Shown piece after piece: positions 33,815 through 43,711 of a stretch of 64,000 nucleotides of DNA. This DNA comes from a candidate division FCPU426 bacterium (GTDB lineage Bacteria > Oederibacteriota > PGYV01 > Palsa-1178). Every line of letters starts with the position of its first letter. The stretch's first letter is position 1. A program made the translations under genes and the position numbers. The notes below the pieces were generated by a model, which was given only the letters and a program-made list of their open reading frames with translations, made no database searches and was not told where the DNA came from. Location of the stretch: contig CAWIXE010000002.1 in the NCBI GenBank assembly GCA_963840035.1, positions 1,536,001-1,600,000 of the forward strand, in the 5' to 3' direction.

Positions 33815-34672
33815 TTAGAAACCTTTTAACTTGCCTGCCTTTAAAGCCTCAACCTCATCCCACAGCGGGCCGTTTAAAAACCGCACGGTAAGGTGGAGTT
33901 CCTTGTTAAAACCGAAAAACGCCGCTTCTATCCTTGTAACACCCACATTCCACCGCAGGTAAATATTGCTGGGTTGCCCGTCGCCTAATACCCCGCCCTT
34001 GATAACCGCGAGTTTTTTTACGAGTTCCATATTCTTTACGTCGTTTTTTTCAAATGAAGGGGCGCCAAACATCTTTTTAAATACGGCGCATATTCCCATG
34101 AACCTGCCATAAAGGATCTCTTCCTTGTCAGGCACCTTAAGGGTCTGGTTCTGGAAAGACTCATTCTCCCCGTATTCCATCTTAAAGGCATATATGCGGC
34201 CGTTATGCATCCCTAAGCTTAAAAAGTTCGCGTGAGGCATCGGGTACAGGAATTCAGACTGGGAAATCATTATTGATTTCTCAAAATCAGGGTCATTTGA
34301 ATCGTTCGGGTATTTATAAAGCTTTTTAATGTCTTCTTTTGTCATACCCCATGACAAACCCTGAAACTTAAAAGTTGTGGGGCTTATCCCCACAAAAACC
34401 CGCTCGTCAGCTGACGCGAATTTCTGTTCGTACTTGCTGACAACCCTTACCTTACTTACGCCTTCATACTGCGTGTATATCAGGTATCCGGCGAGTCCCG
34501 CGATAAATATCACTATAAACGCGGCGGTCCAGAACTTGCGCTCCGATTCAGCCTTGCGTTTTTCAGCCGCTAAGTCCCTCGGTTTTACAGCAGGCAGCGG
34601 CGATCCGCAGCTCCTGCAGAATTTTGCGTCTTCGCGGTTTGAAGCGCCGCACGCTTTACAAGCACGGTCCAT
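33815..34672 (-). CDS. Zn-ribbon plus single-TM membrane protein
   Basis: CKACG...CRSCG, TM, then FQGLSWGMTKEDIK extracytoplasmic domain. Confidence 0.75.
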   Translation of the reverse strand: MDRACKACGASNREDAKFCRSCGSPLPAVKPRDLAAEKRKAESERKFWTAAFIVIFIAGLAGYLIYTQYEGVSKVRVVSKYEQKFASADERVFVGISPTTFKFQGLSWGMTKEDIKKLYKYPNDSNDPDFEKSIMISQSEFLYPMPHANFLSLGMHNGRIYAFKMEYGENESFQNQTLKVPDKEEILYGRFMGICAVFKKMFGAPSFEKNDVKNMELVKKLAVIKGGVLGDGQPSNIYLRWNVGVTRIEAAFFGFNKELHLTVRFLNGPLWDEVEALKAGKLKGF

Positions 34673-34776
34673 AACTACCTCCGGTTAATTTCGGATATTT
34701 GATATTGGATATTAGATATAGGCGTCAATAGCCCGGTCTTATATCTAATATCGCATATCAAATATCTAATATTGTA

Positions 34777-37700
34777 TTAATTTCCCTTTCTTATCTTACG
34801 TATTCCATACCTTGTTATCTTAGCCGACGCCGCGCCCTTTGCTGTTACCTGATAGAGCACCATGCCGTCCTCGACTCCTGCCGAATCCCATACTGTGCTG
34901 TTATATATTTTGCCTTTCTTGCTCTCTTCTATGTTAGCCAGCGTCTTTCCCGACTCATTGTAGACCTTGATGGTTACAAGGCCGTCCTCGGGTATGTAGT
35001 AGTTAAACGTGATTTTCCCTGACGAGGCGTCATACATAGCGAAAATCTCGCTGGATATGTTCATGACTTTTTCCGGTTCGTCCGACTTAAGCTCCACGTC
35101 ATATATCATCTGCGGCGGGAGGTTCTTTGTCAGCACCTTAACTTTCACCTTGCCCACGGGAAGGTTGTCCACGGCAAAGTTTCCGTCCTTATCCGTGATG
35201 GATATGCCAAGCGTGGTTCCGTCTTCCTTCATAAGCTCCACTGTCGCGCCCGAGAGCGCCATGATGCCGTTTGACTGAGTGACTGTCCCTTTTACCGTGA
35301 CCTTGGTCTTTATCTTGACCTTAAAGTGCGCGGCCGTCTTTCCTATAACTCCCTCTTTGTCCACTGAGACCACATGGAAATACCAGATGCCGTCCGTCAG
35401 ATTCGTCATGCTTAAATTAGTGTCCATGGTCTTTGAGTTCTTGGGCCCCGGAACAGTCTTGTCAAAAGCATCCAGGACATAATAGTAGCCTATAATGTCG
35501 TTTACATAGTCCATCGGCTTCCACTGAAGCTTCACTGAAAGGTCCCTGTACCATTTTTCCTGCTCGGGATGCGACGATGAGAACACCAGCGGCGGCGGCG
35601 GGGTCATGGCCACATTTACCTGCATGTGGGATGGCTCGTCCGATATATTGCCCGCGTTGTCCTTGGCAATTACATGCAGGAACCATATGCCGTCAGGCAC
35701 GTCCACAAAAGATGCCATGGAACCTTTTGTCCAGCTCGCGGTGGCAATGTCGGGGATGGTGTTTTTTATCTGGTTGAATACATAGTAATAGCCTTCGATT
35801 CCGGCAGGATCAGCCGGAGTGGACCACGAGAAAGAAGGGGCGTTGCTGTTATACCACTGGTTAAAATCGCCGTGCGTAATCGAGGATATGACCGGCGGTT
35901 TCGGCCTGGTAACGTCGATATTTATCTGGTAATGCGTAGCTTCATCGGACATATTGCCCGCTTCATCCTTTGATATTATATGGAAATACCACGTACCGTC
36001 CGTCACATTCGGGAAACTTATTTCATTGTCCACGTACCAGTTGCCGGTCTTTATGTCCGGCACGGTGGTGGCTATCTGGTCAAAAATATAGTAGTAACCG
36101 GTTATTTTCGTGGCATCCTGCGGCGTGTCCCATATGAGCTTGATATTCCTGTTGTTGTACCACTCCATCTGCATGGGGTGGGTGATGGACCTGACTACCG
36201 GCGGCATGGCAAACCTGTCGCAAATGGCGAGCACCTGTTTGTTCCCGCTTTCCCTTTCATTTCCAACCTTATCAACGGCGCGCACGGTGTAATAATAAAT
36301 AATTCCGTCTTCCAGGTCCTTTGATTCGTCGGTAAACTTGGTGTCTGTCACCGCTCCGTCGTCATTTATCTGCATGCCAAGCTGTCCGGATACCGATGAC
36401 CTGTATATCCTGTAGAAATCAAGGCCTGATATGGAATCAGCCGACTTTGACCATTCTATGTTTATACGCCCTTCCTTAACCGGTTTTGCCACAAGCTGGC
36501 TTATCTGCGAAGGCGGCGATACGTCCACCGTGGTCCTTATGTTGTCGTGCTCAAAGTACTCGGACCAGTTACCGGCGTTATCCCTTGCTTTTGCCCTGAA
36601 ATAATAAGTGATGCCGTCTTCGCCCTTGAACACGGACGTCCTGGCCTTGGTTTCCTTAAGCCACGTTTTCCATTTTCCTTTTTCGCCTTCCCTGTACTCC
36701 ACATCAAAACAGTAAACCCCCGACTCCTTATCCTCGCCATTCCATGAAATGTCAAAATTTTCCGAATTCTGGTAGAGCTTAAGGTCGTCCATTTTAACGT
36801 CCGGCGGATTTGTCTCAATCTTGAACTTATAATGCGCCGCCTCGGTACCGATGTTTCCGGCCCTGTCTTTTAATATAAGGTGAAAATACCACTCGCCGTC
36901 ATCAAGGTTCTCGGATATCTTTATGGCGCTGTCTTTGGTAAACCTGGCTGTCTTCTTATCCGGCATGGTATCCGATACCCTGTCCACCAGGTAATAAAAA
37001 CCTTCCGGCCCGGATAAATCGTCCACGCGGTCCACAACAAATACCGGGTTAACCTGCGCGTAATACCGGTCCGGATTAGGGTGCGTAGATGAGACAACTT
37101 CCGGCGGGTCGGCTTTTAAGTCAACATTCGCCGCGTATATAAAAGGCTCTTCGCCCACGTTGCCCGCGTTATCCTCCGCCACTATATGGAAATAATATGT
37201 GCCTTCTTTTTCCACGGTAAACTCAACCTCGCGTTTGTCAGTCGCGGTCGATATCTCGGGGTTTAGCTTTAAATGCTTATCCTTTGAGAAAAGGTAATAG
37301 AAGCTCTTTATCTTAGATAAATCCTGCGGCACGTTCCAGCCGAGCTTTACAAGCGGCTGGTTATACCATATTGTTTCATCAGGGTGCGAGGCTGAAGTAA
37401 CCTTCGGCTGCTCCACATATGTATCGATCTTCAGCCTGAAATGGGTGGCTTCCCAGCCCACGTTTCCGGCGTTATCCTTTGAAATAATATGGAAGTACCA
37501 GGTGCCGTCCTTGACCTGCGGAAGCGTCAGCTGGTTGGATGACATCCACTCGCCGGTTTCCTTTGAAGGCACGGTGTTATGCTTTTCATCAAAAATATAA
37601 TAATAACCTTCAATACCCGCCAAATCCTCTGAAGTATCCCAGTGGAGCTCGGGCGTGGAGTTTGAGTACCATGTTTCCTGGTCAGGGTGCGTCTTTGAAA

Positions 37701-40317
37701 ATACTTTCGGCGGTTTGGCCACTGTATCTATGTTAAACCTGTGGTGTGACGCCATGGTGCCTATGTTGCCTGCTTTATCCTTTGAGACGATATGCAAATA
37801 CCATTCCCCGTCCTTAAGATCCCCCGAGAATATAGTATCTTTATCCGTCCATGTGGCCGACATATCCGGCACAGTCTTAGCCTCGTTATCAATGACATAA
37901 TAATAACCTTCTATGCCCGACATATCATCCGGTTTGCCGACCTTGAACTGCGCTTTTTTAATGTTATACCATTTATGCGTGTCCGGGTGCGTAACCGACG
38001 ACACGTTCGGCGGCAGGGCCTGCGTGTCTATGTTAATCCTGAAATGCGATGTATCCCTTGAAATGTTACCCGCAAGGTCCTTTGACTTAACGTGGATATA
38101 CCATGTCCCGTCCTGCCTGTCGGAAAGTTCAATGTCGCTTGTCGTCTTATAAATGCAGTCGTTCTCATGCGGTTCCGTATCGGGCCGCTGGTCAACCAGG
38201 TAATAAAATCCTTCAATGCCGGCCAGGTCATGCGGCTTGGCAAGGTGCGCTTCGGCTTTCCTCGCGTTGTACCATGATTTCTCATCCGGGTGCGTGCGCG
38301 AGGAAACGAGCGGCGGGAGCGACTGCGTATCGATGTTAATCCTGACATGCGCGGCCTTGCTTCCGGTGTTCCCGGCTTTGTCTTTTGTCACTATGTGGAA
38401 ATACTTTATGCCGTCCTCAAGCGCCTTCATTTTTACGGAAACAGCGTCAGTAAAAACCCCTGAACGCTCCGTAGGAAGGGTGCTGGGCATTTCATCTATG
38501 ATGTAGTAGTAGCCGTCAACGCCTGAGAGGTCCTGCGGCGCGGCCCACTGGAATACCGGCACGTTGTTTGAATACCATTTCTCCATATCAGGATGCGTGG
38601 TCGATACGGCCTCCGGCGGCGCGGCAACAGTGTCAATTTTAACCGGGAAGTGTGTGACTTCAGGGCTTATGTTTCCGGCTTTGTCTTCTATGAGCACATG
38701 GAAATACCAGACTCCGTCTTCCAGACTTTTAACCACAACGCCCTCTTTTACCGTCGCCGTGCATTTGTAATAATCAGGAACGGTATCCGGATTCCTGTCC
38801 ACCAGATACAAAAACTGCTTTACGTCGGGATGCACTCCCCATTCCACCGACACATCCGCCCTGTTATACCATTTTTCCGGGTCAGGGTGCGTTTTGGAAG
38901 TGATAGCCGGCGTGACCGCCGCTGATGTCGTAAATTTATAATCCTCAAGGATTCCCGAGAAGCTGCCCACATCGGAATATGTCAGTATCCTGAAATGGTA
39001 TTCTGTCATGGATTTCAGGTTGTTAAGTGTTATCCTGTGCTTGGATTCCATAGTTTCGTTGATAATATTATTGCCGTAGGCAGTGTCGTTGCCGTATTCA
39101 ATGATGGTGCGCGCTTCCCTGTCTGTCGCCCATGTAATCACGGCGCTATGGGAGGTTATCTCGCCCACATTTATGTCAAATATTCCCGGCGGCGGCGTGT
39201 TTGATACCGTGGTCCTGAATATCCTGCCTTTTGGTGAAGACCCGAAATATAAATATCCGTTAAAGAGCTTAAGCACCCTTATGTCTTCTTCGTCTGTCTG
39301 GAAGGCGAGCTCCCACTTCTTGCCGTCGACGGTCTTGTATATCCTGCCGTTATCGCCGCTGCCGACATACATGCCGTTGCCGAATGCCGCGAACTTGAAG
39401 AAGTTTACGTCCTTTTCAGAGAAGTAATTTTCCACCCAGTTGGTGCCGTCTTCCGTCATGAATATGAGGCCGCCCGTGGCCTTTGCGGTGGATATATAAA
39501 GCCTGTTTTTAAAGACATAAAAATCATTCACAAAACTCTGGTTTGTGTCAAAAACCTTCTGCCAGTTCACACCGTCCGACGTCCTGAAGACAAGGCCGTT
39601 GGGGTATGTGCCAGCGTAAAGGTATTCCCTGAAAAGCCCGAAGCATGTCACCGCAAGCTCGGACGTATTAAGCGCCACCACCCAGTTCGTGCCGTTGTAG
39701 CTGTAAATCTTGCCTTCCGTGGAAGTGCCCGCGAACAGCCTGCCCTTGAAAGCTTCCAGGCAGTGAATCCTCGCCTCTCCGCTGTTAAAGGAAAGCGACC
39801 AGTTCTTGCCGTCCAAAGTTTCATAAATGCCGCCGTTGGCGTTCGTGCCGCAGAATAATTTGGCCGTACCGAGGTCGTTAAACGACTTAAGACAGTACAC
39901 CTGCGGCGTGTAATCTCCGAGAGTCTCTTCGTCAAAGGTTTTTGTCTGGCCCACCGGCGGGTTAAAGTACGGGGAAAAAACATTGGCGATGCTGATTGTC
40001 TCCCACGCGCCCAGGTCCCCGGTATTTGTCCTGACAACCGAGTCCTTATTTGTGCAGGCGTAAAGTTTGCCGTTAAACTCCTCAAAATCATATATAATCT
40101 GGCTTATGGAATTGTCGTAAACGGGTATGAAGTTTTCCTTGGGGACATAACGCAGGTAAAGCGGCACCGCGGCCCTTATGTTCTTAATGACTTCGCTCTT
40201 GCTTTCTCCGCTGACCACCAGACCCGGCAAATCCCTGCACTGCCCTATAAACTTACCCTGGTCCTCTTTGATGGTAACTTCAAAATTAACTGTAATTTCT
40301 TTGCGGTCTTCCTTCAT
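34777..40317 (-). CDS. Giant multidomain protein: HicB-like N-domain, 7-blade propeller, FN3, ten SxTHP-WY Ig-like repeats, carboxypeptidase-regulatory-like and FlgD-like domains
   Basis: 1846-aa ORF with AGGAG RBS; internal repeats visible in translation; domain names by motif resemblance. Confidence 0.85.
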   Translation of the reverse strand: MKEDRKEITVNFEVTIKEDQGKFIGQCRDLPGLVVSGESKSEVIKNIRAAVPLYLRYVPKENFIPVYDNSISQIIYDFEEFNGKLYACTNKDSVVRTNTGDLGAWETISIANVFSPYFNPPVGQTKTFDEETLGDYTPQVYCLKSFNDLGTAKLFCGTNANGGIYETLDGKNWSLSFNSGEARIHCLEAFKGRLFAGTSTEGKIYSYNGTNWVVALNTSELAVTCFGLFREYLYAGTYPNGLVFRTSDGVNWQKVFDTNQSFVNDFYVFKNRLYISTAKATGGLIFMTEDGTNWVENYFSEKDVNFFKFAAFGNGMYVGSGDNGRIYKTVDGKKWELAFQTDEEDIRVLKLFNGYLYFGSSPKGRIFRTTVSNTPPPGIFDINVGEITSHSAVITWATDREARTIIEYGNDTAYGNNIINETMESKHRITLNNLKSMTEYHFRILTYSDVGSFSGILEDYKFTTSAAVTPAITSKTHPDPEKWYNRADVSVEWGVHPDVKQFLYLVDRNPDTVPDYYKCTATVKEGVVVKSLEDGVWYFHVLIEDKAGNISPEVTHFPVKIDTVAAPPEAVSTTHPDMEKWYSNNVPVFQWAAPQDLSGVDGYYYIIDEMPSTLPTERSGVFTDAVSVKMKALEDGIKYFHIVTKDKAGNTGSKAAHVRINIDTQSLPPLVSSRTHPDEKSWYNARKAEAHLAKPHDLAGIEGFYYLVDQRPDTEPHENDCIYKTTSDIELSDRQDGTWYIHVKSKDLAGNISRDTSHFRINIDTQALPPNVSSVTHPDTHKWYNIKKAQFKVGKPDDMSGIEGYYYVIDNEAKTVPDMSATWTDKDTIFSGDLKDGEWYLHIVSKDKAGNIGTMASHHRFNIDTVAKPPKVFSKTHPDQETWYSNSTPELHWDTSEDLAGIEGYYYIFDEKHNTVPSKETGEWMSSNQLTLPQVKDGTWYFHIISKDNAGNVGWEATHFRLKIDTYVEQPKVTSASHPDETIWYNQPLVKLGWNVPQDLSKIKSFYYLFSKDKHLKLNPEISTATDKREVEFTVEKEGTYYFHIVAEDNAGNVGEEPFIYAANVDLKADPPEVVSSTHPNPDRYYAQVNPVFVVDRVDDLSGPEGFYYLVDRVSDTMPDKKTARFTKDSAIKISENLDDGEWYFHLILKDRAGNIGTEAAHYKFKIETNPPDVKMDDLKLYQNSENFDISWNGEDKESGVYCFDVEYREGEKGKWKTWLKETKARTSVFKGEDGITYYFRAKARDNAGNWSEYFEHDNIRTTVDVSPPSQISQLVAKPVKEGRINIEWSKSADSISGLDFYRIYRSSVSGQLGMQINDDGAVTDTKFTDESKDLEDGIIYYYTVRAVDKVGNERESGNKQVLAICDRFAMPPVVRSITHPMQMEWYNNRNIKLIWDTPQDATKITGYYYIFDQIATTVPDIKTGNWYVDNEISFPNVTDGTWYFHIISKDEAGNMSDEATHYQINIDVTRPKPPVISSITHGDFNQWYNSNAPSFSWSTPADPAGIEGYYYVFNQIKNTIPDIATASWTKGSMASFVDVPDGIWFLHVIAKDNAGNISDEPSHMQVNVAMTPPPPLVFSSSHPEQEKWYRDLSVKLQWKPMDYVNDIIGYYYVLDAFDKTVPGPKNSKTMDTNLSMTNLTDGIWYFHVVSVDKEGVIGKTAAHFKVKIKTKVTVKGTVTQSNGIMALSGATVELMKEDGTTLGISITDKDGNFAVDNLPVGKVKVKVLTKNLPPQMIYDVELKSDEPEKVMNISSEIFAMYDASSGKITFNYYIPEDGLVTIKVYNESGKTLANIEESKKGKIYNSTVWDSAGVEDGMVLYQVTAKGAASAKITRYGIRKIRKGN

Positions 40318-40412
40318 GGAACTCCTTTAAAACGTGCTATGTGGTAAGTGGTATGTGGTGCGTGCATGTCCGGCATATCGCCTTTCACATACCACATACC
40401 ACTTACCACATA

Positions 40413-40880
40413 TCACTTTTTTGGCCTCATCCTAAAAATCATCGCCGTCTCATCGCAGTGTTTCGGGTATTTCGCGCAGTTTATGCAGTCCGTCCACACT
40501 TTATGGGGCAGTTTTGCCCTGGGTAATTTTTTAAAACCGTAACGGGCAAAAAAATCAGGTATCTTTGTAAGGGCAAAGACTTTCTTTATGCCGATGCCGG
40601 CCGCTTCCTTTACCGCCGTTTCAAGCAGTTTTTCGCCCAGCCTTTTTCCCCTGTATTTTTTTTCTATGATGAAAGACCTTATCTCGCCCAGGTCTTCCCA
40701 GTACACGTGAAGGGCTATCAATCCCGCGGGTCTGCCCTTCTGGTCAAGGATGTAAAAATCCCTGATCTGGGCGAAAATCTCGGCCATGGGACGGACCAGC
40801 AGTTCCCCTTCGGAAGCGTATTTTTTCAGGAGGGCCTGGATCCTGTAAGCGTCCTTAACGTGCGCTTTTCTTATTTTCAT
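40413..40880 (-). CDS. GNAT N-acetyltransferase (short ArgA-like)
   Basis: LGEIRS, YRGKRLG, VFALT, LPHKVW.DC..C..CDETA. Confidence 0.85.
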   Translation of the reverse strand: MKIRKAHVKDAYRIQALLKKYASEGELLVRPMAEIFAQIRDFYILDQKGRPAGLIALHVYWEDLGEIRSFIIEKKYRGKRLGEKLLETAVKEAAGIGIKKVFALTKIPDFFARYGFKKLPRAKLPHKVWTDCINCAKYPKHCDETAMIFRMRPKK

Positions 40881-41431
40881 TATTTTTTTGCCGCCAGATT
40901 TTTTACAAAATCAAAGCCTTCCTTGAAAGCCGCCACATTTTTCTCTATCATCTCGCCGGCTTTTTTGCCCAGCATATCCATCATGACTATCTCCGCGTTC
41001 TCAGGCTTAAAAAGCCCCTTTGCCGCGATGTACGCGCCGGCTATGAGTATGTTCGTCACCTTAAGCGCCGAGAGGTTTTTTGCCATCTCGCTTGCGGGAA
41101 TGAGAATCTTATTATTTCTCCTGGCAATGTCATTTAATATAAGCGATACATTTTCAATAATGAGCGTTTTCTCATTAGCCTTCGGGAAATATGTCTCAAG
41201 CGCCCTCTGGTCAAATACTATGAGGGTGTCCGGTGTTTCCACGACAGGGGAAAATATCTCCTCGTCGGAGACAACCAGGTTGCAGAATGAAAATCCGCCG
41301 CGCTTCTCAGCACCGTATGACGGAAGCCATGTAACGTTCTTTCCCTCGTAAGCAGCGAGCCTGGCTAAATAAACACCCAGGGTCAAAACTCCGTGCCCGC
41401 CGGATCCCGCTATGATGATCTGTTCTGTCAT
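40880..41431 (-). CDS. 2-oxoacid:ferredoxin oxidoreductase gamma subunit
   Basis: IIAGSGGHGVL, WLPSYGAEKRGG. Confidence 0.9.
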   Translation of the reverse strand: MTEQIIIAGSGGHGVLTLGVYLARLAAYEGKNVTWLPSYGAEKRGGFSFCNLVVSDEEIFSPVVETPDTLIVFDQRALETYFPKANEKTLIIENVSLILNDIARRNNKILIPASEMAKNLSALKVTNILIAGAYIAAKGLFKPENAEIVMMDMLGKKAGEMIEKNVAAFKEGFDFVKNLAAKK

Positions 41432-41522
41432 TTAATTCACCTTTCAGTCTCATGGCCCATGTCCCACGGCCCAAGTCTTTGACTTCGTTCACTTGGGTTT
41501 TGGGACTTGGGACCTGTGATTA

Positions 41523-42269
41523 TTAAATCGTATCCTTAAACTTCCCTACCGGATAATACTCCGCCACTTCTTCATCTATGTGCTTTATCGCCGCCACAGG
41601 GTCCATCTTCCAGTTTGCCGGGCATGCCGATAACACTTCGACCATTGAAAATCCCACATTTGTAAGCTGGTTCATGAAGGCCTTTTTTATGGCTTTCTTG
41701 GTTTTAATTATGGAAGCCGCGTCAGTGACTTTTACACGCTCTAAATACTTGACGCCCTGAAGCGGGGTAAGCAGCTCCAGCATCCTTATCGGGTATCCGT
41801 ATGTCTTAACATCCCTGCCTTTAGGCGACGTAGTGGTTACCTGCTGGATAAGCGTGGTCGGCGCAAGCTGGCCGCCTGTCATCCCGTAGTTGGTATTATT
41901 TATAAAAATAACGCTTATATTCTCCCCGCGGTTTGCGGTGTGTATTATCTCTGCCATGCCGATGGACGCCAGGTCGCCGTCGCCCTGATAGCAGTAAACC
42001 AGCTTGTCGGGGTGCACCCTTTTTATCGCGGTGGCCACAACAGGCGCCCTTCCGTGCGGGGCTTCAGTGGTATCAAAATCCCAGAAATCATAAGCGAATA
42101 CGGCGCAGCCCACGGGCGCCACAGAGATTACTTTTTCCCTCATGTCGAGCTCGTCTATAATCTCGGCGATGAGTTTATGGACTGTCGAGTGGCCGCAGCC
42201 CCAGCAGTAGGAAAAAACCTTATCTGTAAGGGCTTCGGGTTTCTTATATACGATGCGTTCTTTAGCCAT
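41523..42269 (-). CDS. 2-oxoacid:ferredoxin oxidoreductase beta (TPP-binding) subunit
   Basis: YCWGCGH, HGRA, YQGDGD, NNTNYGMTGGQ, EVLSACP. Confidence 0.92.
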   Translation of the reverse strand: MAKERIVYKKPEALTDKVFSYCWGCGHSTVHKLIAEIIDELDMREKVISVAPVGCAVFAYDFWDFDTTEAPHGRAPVVATAIKRVHPDKLVYCYQGDGDLASIGMAEIIHTANRGENISVIFINNTNYGMTGGQLAPTTLIQQVTTTSPKGRDVKTYGYPIRMLELLTPLQGVKYLERVKVTDAASIIKTKKAIKKAFMNQLTNVGFSMVEVLSACPANWKMDPVAAIKHIDEEVAEYYPVGKFKDTI

Positions 42270-43330
42270 TATTTCACCCTCCCTTTTATGAACTCAAAAA
42301 GTTCCTCGGAAGTTGGCACGCCGCCGCCGGGCCTGCCGTAAAACTCAATTTTGGACGCGGCTTCTGTGGCGAGTTTTACATCCTCCACCATCTGCCCCAT
42401 GTTCATCTCAAAGACAAATATTTTTTTAACGTTTTTCGCGGCTTCTTTCAATGCCGCGGAAGGATATGGCCACAGTGTTATGGGCCTGAAAAGGCCGATA
42501 TTCATGCCGGCCTTTTTGGCCATCTTAACGACGCCTTTTGAAATCCTGGCGCAGGTGCCAAAAGCGGCTATCAAATAATCCGGTTTTGATTCCATATTGA
42601 TAAGTTCATACCTTGTCTCTGCGGCTGTTATGGCATCATACTTTTCCTTAAGGTGCATGTTATGCTTTTCAAGGACTCCCGGCTGCATGAGCAGCGAAAG
42701 TATGCGCTGGCCTTTCCTTCCTTTGGCGCCTGTCAAAGCCCACGGTTTTGGCGCGTCTTTGAGCAGCGGTTTTCTCGTCCTGTTAAGCGCCACATTTTCC
42801 ATAAGCTGCCCTAAAAGCCCGTCCGCTAAGACCATCACCGGATTCCTGTATTTGTCGGCCAGATCAAAAGCGTCAAAAGTATAATCATACATTTCTTCTA
42901 TGGTGTGCGGCGCGAGCGTTATCATGCGGTAGTCGCCATGGCCGGGTTTTACCGACTGGAAATAGTCCGACTGCGACGGCGCGATGTTACCTAAGCCCGG
43001 TCCGCCCCTCATGACATTGACAATTACGCCCGGCAATTCGCATCCGGCCATGTATGAAATGCCTTCCTGCATGAGCGATATTCCCGGCGATGAAGATGTG
43101 GTCATGGCCCTGGCTCCCGCGACCGCTGCGCCGAAGACCATATTCACGGATATGAGTTCACTCTCAGCCTGTATGAATGTCCCTCCCGCTTCTATCATTT
43201 TACTGGACATAATCTCGGGTATTTCGTTCTGCGGGGTTATGGGGTATCCGGCGTAAAATCTGCATCCCGCATCGAGAGCTGCCTGAACAACAGCGGCGTT
43301 CCCTTTTATGAACTTCTTTTCGCCGTTCAT
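42269..43330 (-). CDS. 2-oxoacid:ferredoxin oxidoreductase alpha subunit (VorB-like)
   Basis: GYPITPQ, QAESE, TTSSSPGISLMQE, RGGPGLGNI, EMNMGQM. Confidence 0.92.
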   Translation of the reverse strand: MNGEKKFIKGNAAVVQAALDAGCRFYAGYPITPQNEIPEIMSSKMIEAGGTFIQAESELISVNMVFGAAVAGARAMTTSSSPGISLMQEGISYMAGCELPGVIVNVMRGGPGLGNIAPSQSDYFQSVKPGHGDYRMITLAPHTIEEMYDYTFDAFDLADKYRNPVMVLADGLLGQLMENVALNRTRKPLLKDAPKPWALTGAKGRKGQRILSLLMQPGVLEKHNMHLKEKYDAITAAETRYELINMESKPDYLIAAFGTCARISKGVVKMAKKAGMNIGLFRPITLWPYPSAALKEAAKNVKKIFVFEMNMGQMVEDVKLATEAASKIEFYGRPGGGVPTSEELFEFIKGRVK

Positions 43331-43557
43331 TTTTTCACCTCTTCAATAATCTCTATTACTTCTATGGCGCAATCCGGGCAGACTATGGCGCAAAGCGTGC
43401 AGGCAGTACACCTGCCGGCGTTGCAAAATTCAACAACATTATAACCGTGTTTGTTTATCCTGTCGCTGGTCCTTATTTCCGTGTGTTTGCAGGCTTCTAT
43501 GCAGATAAGACAGCCCTTGCACCTGTTTTCATCAATACGAATTTTTCCCTTTTTCAA
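43327..43557 (-). CDS. 2x[4Fe-4S] ferredoxin (delta subunit)
   Basis: CKGCLICIEAC and CTACTLCAIVCP; TTG start after AAGGAG. Confidence 0.92.
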   Translation of the reverse strand: MKKGKIRIDENRCKGCLICIEACKHTEIRTSDRINKHGYNVVEFCNAGRCTACTLCAIVCPDCAIEVIEIIEEVKK

Positions 43558-43656
43558 AATATTCTCCTTATTTGAAACGGCAAAATCAGGCTTTCGCCTG
43601 AAATGAAAATACCTATCCCGTCGGATTTCATATTACAACACAAAAACACTTTCCTT

Positions 43657-43685
43657 ATTATATTATAAGAGGCATCTGATTACAA
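43657..43685 (-). promoter_or_regulatory. Promoter for oxidoreductase operon
   Basis: TTGTAA-N17-TATAAT. Confidence 0.55.
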
Positions 43686-43711
43686 CCCAAAATATGGGGG
43701 TAGAACCTGGT

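Noticed and set aside
35310..38910. Possible CRISPR array or DGR template in the repeated region
   Set aside because: Repeats are protein-level and diverged in DNA; no spacers, cas or reverse transcriptase genes
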